Source: a virus
Taxonomy: Duplodnaviria; Caudoviricetes
Virus record (IMG/VR): IMGVR_UViG_3300020045_004061
Location: 1-37,249 of that record
DNA length: 37,249 bases
Strand: one strand, 5' to 3'
The notes below the pieces were generated by a model. It ran no database searches. It saw nothing but the letters and a program-made list of their open reading frames with translations, and was not told the DNA's origin. A program made the translations under genes and the position numbers. Shown here piece after piece: positions 1 to 8,867 of this stretch (the first letter of the stretch is position 1; each line of letters opens with the position of its first letter).

Positions 1-249
1 CGGTTTAAATTGGGGGAATATTTTTAACCGACAAATAAAAAAACGTTTTTTTTGGGGGGTTTGAATTAACGATTTATTTAAAAAAGGAAGAAATTAAACA
101 AACATTTAAAATAAAAAAATTAAAAGAAAAAAAAGAAAGGGGGGCAACGTGCCGGCTTGAAGTTATTTGCTCCTAATTTAGTTTAGTGTCAATGTGAGGG
201 TTCAGAGTTTTCACCCCCCCCCCCCCCTGACGGTTATACTTCCCGTTAG

Positions 250-257
250 CAAATATA
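250..257 (-). promoter_or_regulatory. Leftward Bacteroidota-type -7 promoter element (TATATTTG)
   Basis: caaatata on + strand, directly next to an attC-like half site at 228-251. Confidence 0.5.
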
Positions 258-403
258 CAAATATTATGTAATAAAACGTAAAACTAATATATTTTTATTT
301 TCGTTAAATTTTATTTTACTTTTTAAACGCTCAAAACCAACCATTTACAAAATAAATCAAAAACAATCTTCCAAAACATTAGGAAGTTATTACAAAAGTT
401 TTG

Positions 404-411
404 TATATTTG
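404..411 (+). promoter_or_regulatory. Bacteroidota-type -7 promoter element (TATATTTG) for early genes
   Basis: Matches TAnnTTTG; A-rich leader and ATG at 437. Confidence 0.65.
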
Positions 412-436
412 TCAGACAAAACAAAAGATAAACGAC

Positions 437-595
437 ATGAAAAAACTTTTCAATTTATCCATGGTAATTTTCGCGCTTGTTGTCGCGTTCATGGTAGCCT
501 ATTCAATCGGAATTCAATCGAATCGAACCGAACACACGATTTTAATCAACGACCATTTCATCGATAGTATTAACCACGTAATGAATCAACCATGA
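437..595 (+). CDS. Small hypothetical membrane protein
   Basis: MKKLF followed by a hydrophobic helix; start moved from 401 because the promoter motif overlaps the longer ORF. Confidence 0.6.
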   Translation: MKKLFNLSMVIFALVVAFMVAYSIGIQSNRTEHTILINDHFIDSINHVMNQP

Positions 596-777
596 CACCA
601 TCACAAAACAGAAGAAGGAGAGAATTATTGGGTACTGTTTCACCAATACTTGACTGTTTCGGAAAAAGAATAGGTCGTATAATGATGCGATTTGACAAAG
701 ATTTTCAAGTTCAAAGAGTTAGATTTTACGAACCGATTGAAGTTAAAGACACTGAAATAAAAAATGTGAAGCCATGA
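592..777 (+). CDS. Hypothetical protein
   Basis: ATGA-coupled to both neighbours. Confidence 0.6.
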   Translation: MTPSQNRRRRELLGTVSPILDCFGKRIGRIMMRFDKDFQVQRVRFYEPIEVKDTEIKNVKP

Positions 778-1043
778 AAACAAATGAAGGAATCATAATT
801 ACCAACCAAGACGAAAAAAAGCAACTGTTTACCGAGTTCAAACACTTCATTGAAAAGAACGGTTACAAGTCGGTCAACGCGTTCATGCAACAAAACAAAC
901 TTTCAACGCACAATGTGTACGGAGTGTTTCGGTGTAATTGCTTCACTAAAATCGACAAAGTAAACGCGCTCGTTGAATTGGTTGACAAATCAAAGCAAGT
1001 CGTTCGATTGAATGGTAAATGGATAATCGGAAAGGAGTATTGA
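774..1043 (+). CDS. Hypothetical protein, possible HTH
   Basis: Coupled ORF, 89 aa. Confidence 0.6.
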   Translation: MKTNEGIIITNQDEKKQLFTEFKHFIEKNGYKSVNAFMQQNKLSTHNVYGVFRCNCFTKIDKVNALVELVDKSKQVVRLNGKWIIGKEY

Positions 1044-1044
1044 T

Positions 1045-1305
1045 ATGAGAAGCGAAAAAGAATTGTTACAAGTTTTGTTGGATAACATTGATAAGCTTGA
1101 ATATGGGCTTTGTCTTTTGATAATCATATTAAAAGAAAATAGTTTAATTTCAGAACAAGAAGAAGAAATTTTAAATGAATTTATCTCAAATAAAGCTCCT
1201 GAAAGGTATCACTCAATTAGAAAATACAGAATGGCTTACAATTGGGAAAGTGGCGAAAAACAACCCCGAATCGATTGGTTGAACGAACAAATCGCGAAGT
1301 TATGA
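1045..1305 (+). CDS. Hypothetical protein
   Basis: Operonic ORF, 86 aa. Confidence 0.6.
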   Translation: MRSEKELLQVLLDNIDKLEYGLCLLIIILKENSLISEQEEEILNEFISNKAPERYHSIRKYRMAYNWESGEKQPRIDWLNEQIAKL

Positions 1306-1523
1306 CATTAAAAAGATACCCCGCGTTTAAAGGCACGTTTGAAGATTACGTAGAAATATATTCGCTAATTGAAACGAATCCAATAGACATCAATTCAAGA
1401 GCAAAAACAGCGGTTACAATGGGCGGAATATTTTACACCGACAAATACAAAGACGTTTATTGTGGGCGGTTTGATTTACGCATTGATTTAACAAAGGATG
1501 AATTTAAACAACTATTGAAATGA
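1302..1523 (+). CDS. Hypothetical protein
   Basis: ATGA overlap at 1302-1305 suggests this start rather than 1242. Confidence 0.55.
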   Translation: MTLKRYPAFKGTFEDYVEIYSLIETNPIDINSRAKTAVTMGGIFYTDKYKDVYCGRFDLRIDLTKDEFKQLLK

Positions 1524-1846
1524 AAGAATTTAAAGGAACAAAAGGAAAGTGGAATGTTAGACATTCAGATAGTAAAACTGCATTCAATATTGTTGGAAGT
1601 GTTTTGGGTGGTAATTATAAAATTGCAAGATGCTCTTATTTAGTAGACTGGAGCTTGAGCACAGAATGGAATGAAAAAGAAAAATCTGAAGCTGAAGCCA
1701 ACGCCAAACTTATCGCAGCAGCACCCGAACTTCTAGAAGCGTTGAAAAATATGCTATTTATTTTTGACCGCGATTTATCGGAAGACACTATTGGAAGGGA
1801 TTATTGCGATAAAGCAAAACAAGCAATCGAAAAAGCATTATTATGA
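1520..1846 (+). CDS. Conserved phage hypothetical protein
   Basis: Common phage motif EANAKLIAAAPELLEAL. Confidence 0.75.
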   Translation: MKEFKGTKGKWNVRHSDSKTAFNIVGSVLGGNYKIARCSYLVDWSLSTEWNEKEKSEAEANAKLIAAAPELLEALKNMLFIFDRDLSEDTIGRDYCDKAKQAIEKALL

Positions 1847-2277
1847 TTTCACTTGAACAATACAACGAAGCCGTTGAAACAATAAATCAATGGAACATAG
1901 AAGAATTAGAACGTGAAAGGGCGGTTCAATCCATGCAATTATCGTTACTTGAAATTGAAACTGAAATTGTAAAGCGCGTTGAATACATAATGACTTATTA
2001 CGACTTATCAAAAAAAAGCCGAAAGCGAAAATATGTAACAATGCGACAAGCGTTAATGTTTTGGCTACGAGAAAACACTAACTTTAGTTACCGAAAAGTC
2101 GCTAAAATGATAATGAAGCACGTTAAAACTTCGGAAAGCACAATACATTCAAATTGTGTTCATGCTTGTATCGTTTGCGAAGCAGCAACCAAAAAGATTG
2201 ACCCCGAATTATGGCACGCAATCGAAACTGTAAAAGCCGAAATGGCTGGATTAGAAAATAAATTAAACAACAAATAA
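1843..2277 (+). CDS. DnaA C-terminal (domain IV)-like HTH DNA-binding protein
   Basis: KSRKRKYVTMRQALMFWLRENTNFSYRKVA...HSNCVHA resembles the Bac_DnaA_C signature. Confidence 0.7.
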   Translation: MISLEQYNEAVETINQWNIEELERERAVQSMQLSLLEIETEIVKRVEYIMTYYDLSKKSRKRKYVTMRQALMFWLRENTNFSYRKVAKMIMKHVKTSESTIHSNCVHACIVCEAATKKIDPELWHAIETVKAEMAGLENKLNNK

Positions 2278-2278
2278 C

Positions 2279-2575
2279 ATGGCAATTTTAATAAATGCAA
2301 GCATCGACCTTGCGAAAATCGACAAATCAAAGATTACAGAAAAAGATGGTAAAAAATGGTTGTCGCTTACGATTGGAGTGAACAACGAGTTCAACGACTA
2401 CGGTCAAAATGTGAGTATCCAAGTTTCACAAAGCAAAGAAGAAAAGGATAGTGGACAACCTAAAGTTTATTTAGGTAACGGGAAAGTAGTTTGGACTGAT
2501 AATGTGATGCCGAACGTAGCGCCTAAACAAGCACCCGCAACTCCGAGTAATAACGACGACGATTTTCCTTTCTGA
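2279..2575 (+). CDS. Putative single-stranded DNA-binding protein
   Basis: Small beta-rich core, flexible linker and acidic DDDFPF C-terminal tail. Confidence 0.7.
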   Translation: MAILINASIDLAKIDKSKITEKDGKKWLSLTIGVNNEFNDYGQNVSIQVSQSKEEKDSGQPKVYLGNGKVVWTDNVMPNVAPKQAPATPSNNDDDFPF

Positions 2576-2724
2576 TGCACCCAAAGCGCGGAACGGTCAT
2601 TATAATCGACGGAATTGAACACACCGTTGTCCAACCTTGTTTAAATTACGTTCTTTGCGAGGTTGGCGGTGAAAAAGTTAAATTGAATTATTCAAAATTT
2701 AGAAAGTATGAGAAAAACGTTTGA
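2575..2724 (+). CDS. Small hypothetical protein (49 aa, not in ORF track)
   Basis: TGATG coupling; MHPKRGTVIIIDG...; fills the gap between genes. Confidence 0.5.
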   Translation: MHPKRGTVIIIDGIEHTVVQPCLNYVLCEVGGEKVKLNYSKFRKYEKNV

Positions 2725-2980
2725 GCAATACGACAACGAAAACCCCGAAATCTGGAAGGCTTTTCTGAAGTACACAATCGAAACGATAAATAAAGGTTTC
2801 GACCATTACGGCGCAAAGGGCATCTTTGAACTTATCCGATGGCACACCGGCGTAAAAGGTAACGACGGATTTAAAATCAACAATTCATACGCACCCGATT
2901 ACGCACGGAAATTCATTGAACGATACCCTGTTTGGAAAGATTTCTTTCGATTACGAGAATTAAAAAAGTTGGACAGATGA
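2708..2980 (+). CDS. Conserved phage hypothetical protein
   Basis: NPEIWKAF...FELIRW...FKINN..APDYAR..FFRLR. Confidence 0.7.
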   Translation: MRKTFEQYDNENPEIWKAFLKYTIETINKGFDHYGAKGIFELIRWHTGVKGNDGFKINNSYAPDYARKFIERYPVWKDFFRLRELKKLDR

Positions 2981-3360
2981 ACCACGCCGAATACAAGCTA
3001 CAAGTTTCCGTCTGTGAGTACTTAAACACGCAATATCCGAATGTGAAATACTATTCAGATACAATCGCAGCGGTAAAACTTACACCGATGCAAGGGTATC
3101 GAAACAAGCAAATTCAAAAGGATGAATTTAAAACGCCAGATTTAACGATTTTACAGCCAAACGCAATGGACCACGGATTGTTTATCGAACTGAAGATTAA
3201 AAGTCCGTACAAAGCAAACGGTGAGCTTTACAAAGATGAACACTTGGAAGGTCAACAACGCGCAATTGATGACTTGAACGCGCTCGGATATTACGCCTGT
3301 TTCGCATGGACTTTCGAAATGTGCAAAGAAATTATTGACAGGTACATGATGACTGTATAG
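2977..3360 (+). CDS. VRR-NUC domain nuclease
   Basis: E..LQ, PDL, FIELK, Q....L...GY motifs; ATGA-coupled start at 2977. Confidence 0.8.
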   Translation: MNHAEYKLQVSVCEYLNTQYPNVKYYSDTIAAVKLTPMQGYRNKQIQKDEFKTPDLTILQPNAMDHGLFIELKIKSPYKANGELYKDEHLEGQQRAIDDLNALGYYACFAWTFEMCKEIIDRYMMTV

Positions 3361-3367
3361 TTTTTTG

Positions 3368-3375
3368 TATATTTG
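3368..3375 (+). promoter_or_regulatory. -7 promoter element TATATTTG
   Basis: Consensus match in an intergenic region. Confidence 0.65.
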
Positions 3376-3377
3376 CA

Positions 3378-3485
3378 ACGTCTAGACATCCACAGACGTA
3401 AAAAAAAATTATTTAAAGCCTTGGAATTTCAAACGGAGTGGATGCTGTTTGTTTTTTCAGGGCTTTGTTATTTAACATCCACATT
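3378..3485 (+). promoter_or_regulatory. Structured 5' leader with two hairpins and complementary loops
   Basis: Loop CATCCAC (3387-3393), loop GTGGATG (3438-3444), second CATCCAC (3476-3482) just before ATG 3486. Confidence 0.55.
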
Positions 3486-3746
3486 ATGGAATCAGAGGAA
3501 ATCTGTTACGCGATTAAATTAAATGTAGAAATTTATCGAATAGATAATTTTATTACAGATTACAACAAATTAGCTTGTACTATTAGTACAAATAATCTCA
3601 AGAAAATTGTTGACAATCATTTTTCATTAACAAATCAAAAGAAACCTTTTCTGATTTCAGAGTTTAAGGTTTACGGAATTATAATTTTTCCTAGTGATTT
3701 TATTTCTGATTCTGATTTTTTGATTGGTGAAATAAAAAATATGTAA
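3486..3746 (+). CDS. Hypothetical protein
   Basis: ATG after the structured leader; ends 1 nt before the initiator gene. Confidence 0.55.
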   Translation: MESEEICYAIKLNVEIYRIDNFITDYNKLACTISTNNLKKIVDNHFSLTNQKKPFLISEFKVYGIIIFPSDFISDSDFLIGEIKNM

Positions 3747-3747
3747 A

Positions 3748-4539
3748 ATGGCAGAAGGTAAAAAAAAGGTAATCGTTTATACCGATTGGATAAGCACCTT
3801 TGATTCATTAACCGATGAGGAAGCGGGAAAGCTTATTAAACATTTCTTTCAGTATGTAAACGACCTAGAACCTAAAAGCGATAGGTTAACAGAATTATTG
3901 TTTATGCCAATAAAAGCAACACTTAAACGCGATTTAGAATCATGGGAAAAGAAGCAAGGAATAAACCGAGAAAACGGGGCAAAAGGTGGTAGACCAAAAA
4001 AACCGACTGAAACCCAAAATAACCCAATGGGTTTTTTAGAAACCCAAAATAACCCAGAAAAAGGCGTTAGTGTTAGTGTTAGTGTTAGTGATAGTGTAAT
4101 TGTAAGTGAAAAGGATATTCTTTTAAAAAAAGAAACAAAAGAATATATAGCTGAATTGCCTAAAAAATTTGACTTTAAAAAAGCACTTTTACAAATCGGA
4201 GTAATTGAATCGGTTGCTAGTGATTGGATGGCTGTTAGGAAAACCAAAAAAGCATCTAATACCGAAACTGCATTTAACGCAATACTAACTGAAATAAAAA
4301 AAACAAACCTTTCTCCAAACGATTGCATCACAGAAGCGGTTGCGCGTTCATGGCAAGGATTCAAATCACAATGGATTATTAACCAACAACAACAAAATGG
4401 AACTACAACAAAAAAGTCACTCGCTCAGCAAGCAGAAGAAATCACAGCCAGAGTATTTGGATATGATACAAGCCAAAGCAATGGCAATGAACACACCAAT
4501 ACGAATTTCGAAGAAGCTGATTGGCGCAATGCTGAATGA
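3748..4539 (+). CDS. Phage replication initiator / replisome organiser (DUF6291-like N-terminus)
   Basis: LTDEEAGKLIK..F.Y, RENGAKGGRPKK, low-complexity VSVSVS linker, helical C-terminal domain. Confidence 0.75.
   Translation: MAEGKKKVIVYTDWISTFDSLTDEEAGKLIKHFFQYVNDLEPKSDRLTELLFMPIKATLKRDLESWEKKQGINRENGAKGGRPKKPTETQNNPMGFLETQNNPEKGVSVSVSVSDSVIVSEKDILLKKETKEYIAELPKKFDFKKALLQIGVIESVASDWMAVRKTKKASNTETAFNAILTEIKKTNLSPNDCITEAVARSWQGFKSQWIINQQQQNGTTTKKSLAQQAEEITARVFGYDTSQSNGNEHTNTNFEEADWRNAE
4009..4095 (+). repeat. Iteron-like repeats, candidate replication origin
   Basis: 18-bp GAAACCCAAAATAACCCA at 4009 and 4039; (GTTAGT)x4 at 4066-4089; inside the initiator gene as in lambda O. Confidence 0.6.
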
Positions 4540-5236
4540 AGATGATTTTTGCAAAGACAATCTTAACAGGCTATCAGGTGCGTTGGTTTACATTACTCGC
4601 GTGTACTACGGATTAAACCCCGAAAACGTGCCCGAAGATATTTTTCGTCTGGCAGTTCAAATAATTTGCGAGAAATATCCAACACTTACATTCGAACAAT
4701 TGAATTTAACATACCTAGAACAAACGATTGAAAAGAAACAAGGTGTTTCCCTTACAAAGGATGAGTTAATCGCTCCAATAGAAGATATGACACGTAAAAA
4801 GCATATCGTTAAAACGATTGAAGAAAACGAAAAACAGGAATACGAAAAACAACAGGCAGAAAAGGAAATAATCCGAAACGAATACAACACTGCTAAACAA
4901 CTGTATTTTGATTCCATGGGTACTGGAATCTACCAAGGAAGCGTATTTCAAGCATCTATGATTATGGAAGCTTTCGCCTCGTTACTTTCGGACGCTGAAA
5001 AAATCGCAATTGGAAAAGAAGCGTTTGAAGATTATCGCTATGAAATGCAAGTTTTCGGAACGGAACAAAGTATGTTTTTTGGTACGGACGTATTTCAAGT
5101 GCCAACAGGATTCGGAATGTACAGCAACGGAAAGCCAAAACCAGCGCATCATTTCTTCATCTCAATGCGTGTTGTGAATAGCGCGTTACAAAGGAATACA
5201 ATTGATAATTTGGGGTGGAAATTTATTGAGGATTGA
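4397..5236 (+). CDS. Hypothetical replication-associated protein
   Basis: Long ORF after the initiator; likely ATG 4397 after an A-rich leader, overlapping the initiator by 143 nt. Confidence 0.6.
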   Translation: MELQQKSHSLSKQKKSQPEYLDMIQAKAMAMNTPIRISKKLIGAMLNEDDFCKDNLNRLSGALVYITRVYYGLNPENVPEDIFRLAVQIICEKYPTLTFEQLNLTYLEQTIEKKQGVSLTKDELIAPIEDMTRKKHIVKTIEENEKQEYEKQQAEKEIIRNEYNTAKQLYFDSMGTGIYQGSVFQASMIMEAFASLLSDAEKIAIGKEAFEDYRYEMQVFGTEQSMFFGTDVFQVPTGFGMYSNGKPKPAHHFFISMRVVNSALQRNTIDNLGWKFIED

Positions 5237-5254
5237 AAATAATTTTAGTGAAAA

Positions 5255-5285
5255 TTTGCATTAGTGACATTTATCACTATATTTG
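5255..5285 (+). promoter_or_regulatory. Bacteroidota promoter with an operator-like inverted repeat in the spacer
   Basis: TTTG (5255-5258), 19-nt spacer, TATATTTG (5278-5285); TAGTGA-N6-TCACTA at 5262-5279. Confidence 0.7.
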
Positions 5286-5305
5286 CATAACAAAAAATAA
5301 ACAAG

Positions 5306-6172
5306 ATGGACGAAGTAAAAATTATTGAACAAGGTCAAATTATCTACAATCAAGACCGAGCGAACATAGATTCGCAAGTATCAACAGCGAAGCAATATCC
5401 TAGAGATATTCAGAAATCTGTTAACAACGCAATTTTCACAGTTACAATGGACAAAGATACAGCTTCAAGTTGTACCTATTCAGTGCCACGTGGAGGAAAA
5501 CCTATTACTGGTGCTTCAGTTCATTTGGCTAGAATATTAGTTCAATTCTGGGGTAATTTGCGAGTTGAAACAAAAGTGATTGATATTACAGATAAGCACG
5601 TAATTAGTCAGGCTACTTGCTGGGATATTGAAAATAACGTTGCCGTTAAAGTCGAGGTTCGTCGTTCAATTATGACTAAAACAGGTCGAATGAGTGAAGA
5701 TATGATAACGGTAACAGGAAATGCGGGTAATGCAATCGCATATCGTAATGCTGTTTATTCTGTTATTCCAAAAGCTGTTATTGATAAAGTATATCGTTCG
5801 GCTATGGGTGTTTTAACGGGTGATATTTCAGACGAAACGAAGTTGATTAAACAAAGAAACAAAGTAGTTGAAGGATTAAAAAAAGCCTACGGGGTTACAG
5901 ATGAAGAAATTCTTTACGCCATTGGAAAATCAAAGTTAGAATACATTGGTGCTGAAGAACTAGTTGTTTTGATTGGTATTGGTACTGCTATCAAAGATGG
6001 TGATACAACAATTCAAGATGCTTTTAAACATCCAGAAAAGAAAGTGCCTAAGAAACCGACTATTTCAAACGATGAAGTTGTGACCGCAATTACCGACGGT
6101 TTGACGTTAGTACAATTGGAAAGCACCTACACGCTTACTGAAGAACAAATCAAAATGTTTGACAATGAGTGA
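5306..6172 (+). CDS. Putative recombination / single-strand annealing protein
   Basis: IDSQVSTAKQYPRD phage motif; adjacent to an exonuclease; function inferred from context. Confidence 0.55.
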   Translation: MDEVKIIEQGQIIYNQDRANIDSQVSTAKQYPRDIQKSVNNAIFTVTMDKDTASSCTYSVPRGGKPITGASVHLARILVQFWGNLRVETKVIDITDKHVISQATCWDIENNVAVKVEVRRSIMTKTGRMSEDMITVTGNAGNAIAYRNAVYSVIPKAVIDKVYRSAMGVLTGDISDETKLIKQRNKVVEGLKKAYGVTDEEILYAIGKSKLEYIGAEELVVLIGIGTAIKDGDTTIQDAFKHPEKKVPKKPTISNDEVVTAITDGLTLVQLESTYTLTEEQIKMFDNE

Positions 6173-6980
6173 ATTTAAGTTACAATTCAGATCGCATAAT
6201 TTTGGGGAGTTATGCGCTTCACTTTCAAAACCTTCGTTAACAGAAACGCAAGAAAAAACCCTTAAAAATTTAATCGATAAAGGTGAGAACGCAACTCTAA
6301 AGCAAAAAGAAACACGTGCTGAATTAATCAAAAAACGTGATGCGCCAATGCAATTAGGCGCTGTTGGTAAATCATTGGTTAAACGAATATTTAACGAAGA
6401 AATTCGCCAAACGTACAAGCAGAATCTTGAATCGATGTACACGTCAAAAGGTAACGAAATGGAAAGTTTCGCAATCCAAAGAATTGCACGAGTGAACGGT
6501 TGGGGTATTTGCGTTAAAAACGAGCAAACTTTTAAAGATAATATCGGTTTTGGAACGCCCGACGTTGTAAAAAAAAATTTTGGATTCGATAGTAAGTGTT
6601 CTTTTACCGATGAAACATTTCCGTTGTGGGAAAACGAGTTAAAAGAATCAAATTACATTTGGCAGAATTACCGATACTGTATGCTTACAGGTCGCACGAA
6701 ATGGTACACTTGTTATTCGCTTGAAAATTCACCCGAAGAAGCGGTTATTAAGCACGCTTGGCAACTGCTCAAAAAATCTGGTCAAACAGAAATGACAGAT
6801 TCGTTTATTGATGACGTTCGTGGATTGCATAATTTCGACCATTTACCCGATTGGGCGCGTGTTAAAACCTTTGAGGTCAATTTAACCGATGAACACGTGA
6901 AAATTGCTCAAACAGCCTACAAATTAGGCTTAGAATATTTTAACGAATTAATTGAAAATTATAAAACTTTTGAGAAATGA
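6165..6980 (+). CDS. YqaJ/lambda-type exonuclease
   Basis: KGNEME, GTPD, DSKCS, YIWQ..YC.LTG motifs. Confidence 0.75.
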   Translation: MSEFKLQFRSHNFGELCASLSKPSLTETQEKTLKNLIDKGENATLKQKETRAELIKKRDAPMQLGAVGKSLVKRIFNEEIRQTYKQNLESMYTSKGNEMESFAIQRIARVNGWGICVKNEQTFKDNIGFGTPDVVKKNFGFDSKCSFTDETFPLWENELKESNYIWQNYRYCMLTGRTKWYTCYSLENSPEEAVIKHAWQLLKKSGQTEMTDSFIDDVRGLHNFDHLPDWARVKTFEVNLTDEHVKIAQTAYKLGLEYFNELIENYKTFEK

Positions 6981-7237
6981 AAGACTTAAAACAATACTAC
7001 TGCGAGGTTACGCAAGAAGAAGCCAACGAAGCGCGGGATTTGCTTGTTAAGGCTGGGGAGGAAATTTATCAAGAACGTAACGCTTTTGATGTTTATGAGG
7101 ACAGAATATACTTACAAACATATACTCATGATGATGATTGGCTAGTTGATTATTTATACGAAAAAACAGAATCAAAAACCCAAATCACCTACCCACAATT
7201 CCGGGAAATGTTAATCGAGAAAATTAAGGAGAAATGA
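6977..7237 (+). CDS. Hypothetical protein
   Basis: Coupled ORF. Confidence 0.6.
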   Translation: MKDLKQYYCEVTQEEANEARDLLVKAGEEIYQERNAFDVYEDRIYLQTYTHDDDWLVDYLYEKTESKTQITYPQFREMLIEKIKEK

Positions 7238-7563
7238 AAACACTAATAGCACTATTACTTTGCGGTCAAATGTACTCGCAACAGGTAGACAAATTTGCCC
7301 ATTTAGGAGTGGGTTACATAGCAGGCGCAACAACAAGCGCAACGACATTAATATTCTCAAACGGCAAAAACGAAACGCTTAAATCGTTATCGGTTGGAAT
7401 TGGTTCGGGGGTAATTCTAGGAACGGCTAAAGAAATTTACGACTTCAAAAGTTACGGAGTGTTCAATTGGAAGGACTTAGGAGCAACCGTTCTTGGTTCG
7501 GCACTTGGAAGTATAACGATAAAAATCAGTATTAATTTATACGAAAGAAAGCATTTGATATGA
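7234..7563 (+). CDS. YfiM/DUF2279-like membrane or exported protein
   Basis: DKFAH...KEIYD...FNWKDLGATVLG; N-terminal signal. Confidence 0.7.
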   Translation: MKTLIALLLCGQMYSQQVDKFAHLGVGYIAGATTSATTLIFSNGKNETLKSLSVGIGSGVILGTAKEIYDFKSYGVFNWKDLGATVLGSALGSITIKISINLYERKHLI

Positions 7564-8027
7564 ACAACGAAACATTAAAACGCGACCTTTGTGCAAGGTT
7601 GCCGTATGGATTAAAAATACTAAGACCCGACAAAGAAACAATTCTTGAATTAAAAGGTGTTTTAGGTGATTTACTTCAATTTCAAGAATATGGAAAACCA
7701 TTTGAAACGTTTGGTAGTATAAAAGCAGGTACTAATTTACCAATCCTATTTCAAACCTCCGCACTAACAAAGGAAATCCAAATAGCAACTTACAACGATG
7801 GAAAGCCGTTTGTACCGATTGAGGAGATGAGAAGGCTTGGAATTCACGACCACTTAGATTTTATAAGTGTTGAAGCGGACGGATTAATACGCAACAGGGG
7901 TTTAAATGGTTGGTTTGGTGAAATTCCTTTTAAAATTATAGAGCTATTACAAAAATGGCACATCAACTACCGCCTTTCACCCGATCAATTCATTGAAGTT
8001 ACTGACGAATTTAATCCTTATAAGTGA
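7560..8027 (+). CDS. Conserved phage hypothetical protein
   Basis: DLCARLPYGLK...LPIL..LTKEI...FVPIE. Confidence 0.65.
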   Translation: MNNETLKRDLCARLPYGLKILRPDKETILELKGVLGDLLQFQEYGKPFETFGSIKAGTNLPILFQTSALTKEIQIATYNDGKPFVPIEEMRRLGIHDHLDFISVEADGLIRNRGLNGWFGEIPFKIIELLQKWHINYRLSPDQFIEVTDEFNPYK

Positions 8028-8028
8028 T

Positions 8029-8214
8029 ATGACACCAACAGAAATAACACAGCAAGCATTGAAAAAATGGGTAAAAGCGGGGAAAGCGTTAACCCCTATT
8101 ACAATGGCTACAAATGTACGCAAGGAGCGTTTAGAACAGGTTTTGAAAGGTAAGGCAGTTATCAGCTTAAGAGGTGCGGATAAAGTGGTTAATTACATAA
8201 AGGAGAATTTATGA
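8029..8214 (+). CDS. Small hypothetical protein, possible HTH
   Basis: ATG right after the upstream stop; ATGA-coupled downstream. Confidence 0.5.
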   Translation: MTPTEITQQALKKWVKAGKALTPITMATNVRKERLEQVLKGKAVISLRGADKVVNYIKENL

Positions 8215-8591
8215 GAGAGATATTATTTAAAGCAAAAAGGGTTGATAATGGTCGATGGATTCAAGGTAGTTTATTGCTACCGACAACCAATTGTAAAGAA
8301 ACTAAAATAGTCGCATGGAATGGGATAATATTTAAAGTTCACCCCGAAACAGTTTGCCAATTTACGGGTAAAGAAATTAAGGGTGTTAAATTATTTGAAG
8401 GTGATATTTTTAAGGTCGTTAATTATTTTAAGTTGGTTAGCTATAACGCTGAAAGAATGGCTTTCTCAATTACTAATTGTGACGAAAATGGAAACATATC
8501 CTATTCATTTGAACAACCTCAAAACCCATCCGATTATTGGTGGAATGAATTCAAAGAAGATATTAAAATAATCGGAAACATCCATGACTAA
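8211..8591 (+). CDS. YopX family protein
   Basis: MREILFKAKR..NG.W..G, PETVCQFTG, FEGDI, IIGNIHD. Confidence 0.88.
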   Translation: MREILFKAKRVDNGRWIQGSLLLPTTNCKETKIVAWNGIIFKVHPETVCQFTGKEIKGVKLFEGDIFKVVNYFKLVSYNAERMAFSITNCDENGNISYSFEQPQNPSDYWWNEFKEDIKIIGNIHD

Positions 8592-8820
8592 ACCTTGCTT
8601 TACGTGCAAATTAGTTAAGCCTTTAAAAGCTTTTAACGTCGAGCATAAGCCTTACGCTGCCAAACTTAATAAAGGGCGCGTAATGGTTTGTATTGATTGC
8701 TCAATTCAACGCGCTAAAATAACACGAAAAGCACTTAAATTCAACTTTGAAAGCAACCAATACGAAACGATTGAATTTTGCGACGATGAAGCAATTGAAA
8801 ATTATTTTCGCAAAAAGTAG
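8584..8820 (+). CDS. Zinc-binding hypothetical protein
   Basis: CxxC...K...F...CxxC. Confidence 0.6.
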   Translation: MTKPCFTCKLVKPLKAFNVEHKPYAAKLNKGRVMVCIDCSIQRAKITRKALKFNFESNQYETIEFCDDEAIENYFRKK

Positions 8821-8839
8821 TTTTAATGTAAAAAAGCAT

Positions 8840-8847
8840 TATGTTTG
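8840..8847 (+). promoter_or_regulatory. -7 promoter element TATGTTTG
   Basis: Consensus match 20 nt before ATG 8868. Confidence 0.55.
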
Positions 8848-8867
8848 CTCAAACAAAAAGTAAATTT

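Noticed and set aside
1-230. Homopolymer runs including C14 at 214-227 as a phase-variation tract
   Set aside because: The region looks like a low-quality contig end, and no gene is affected
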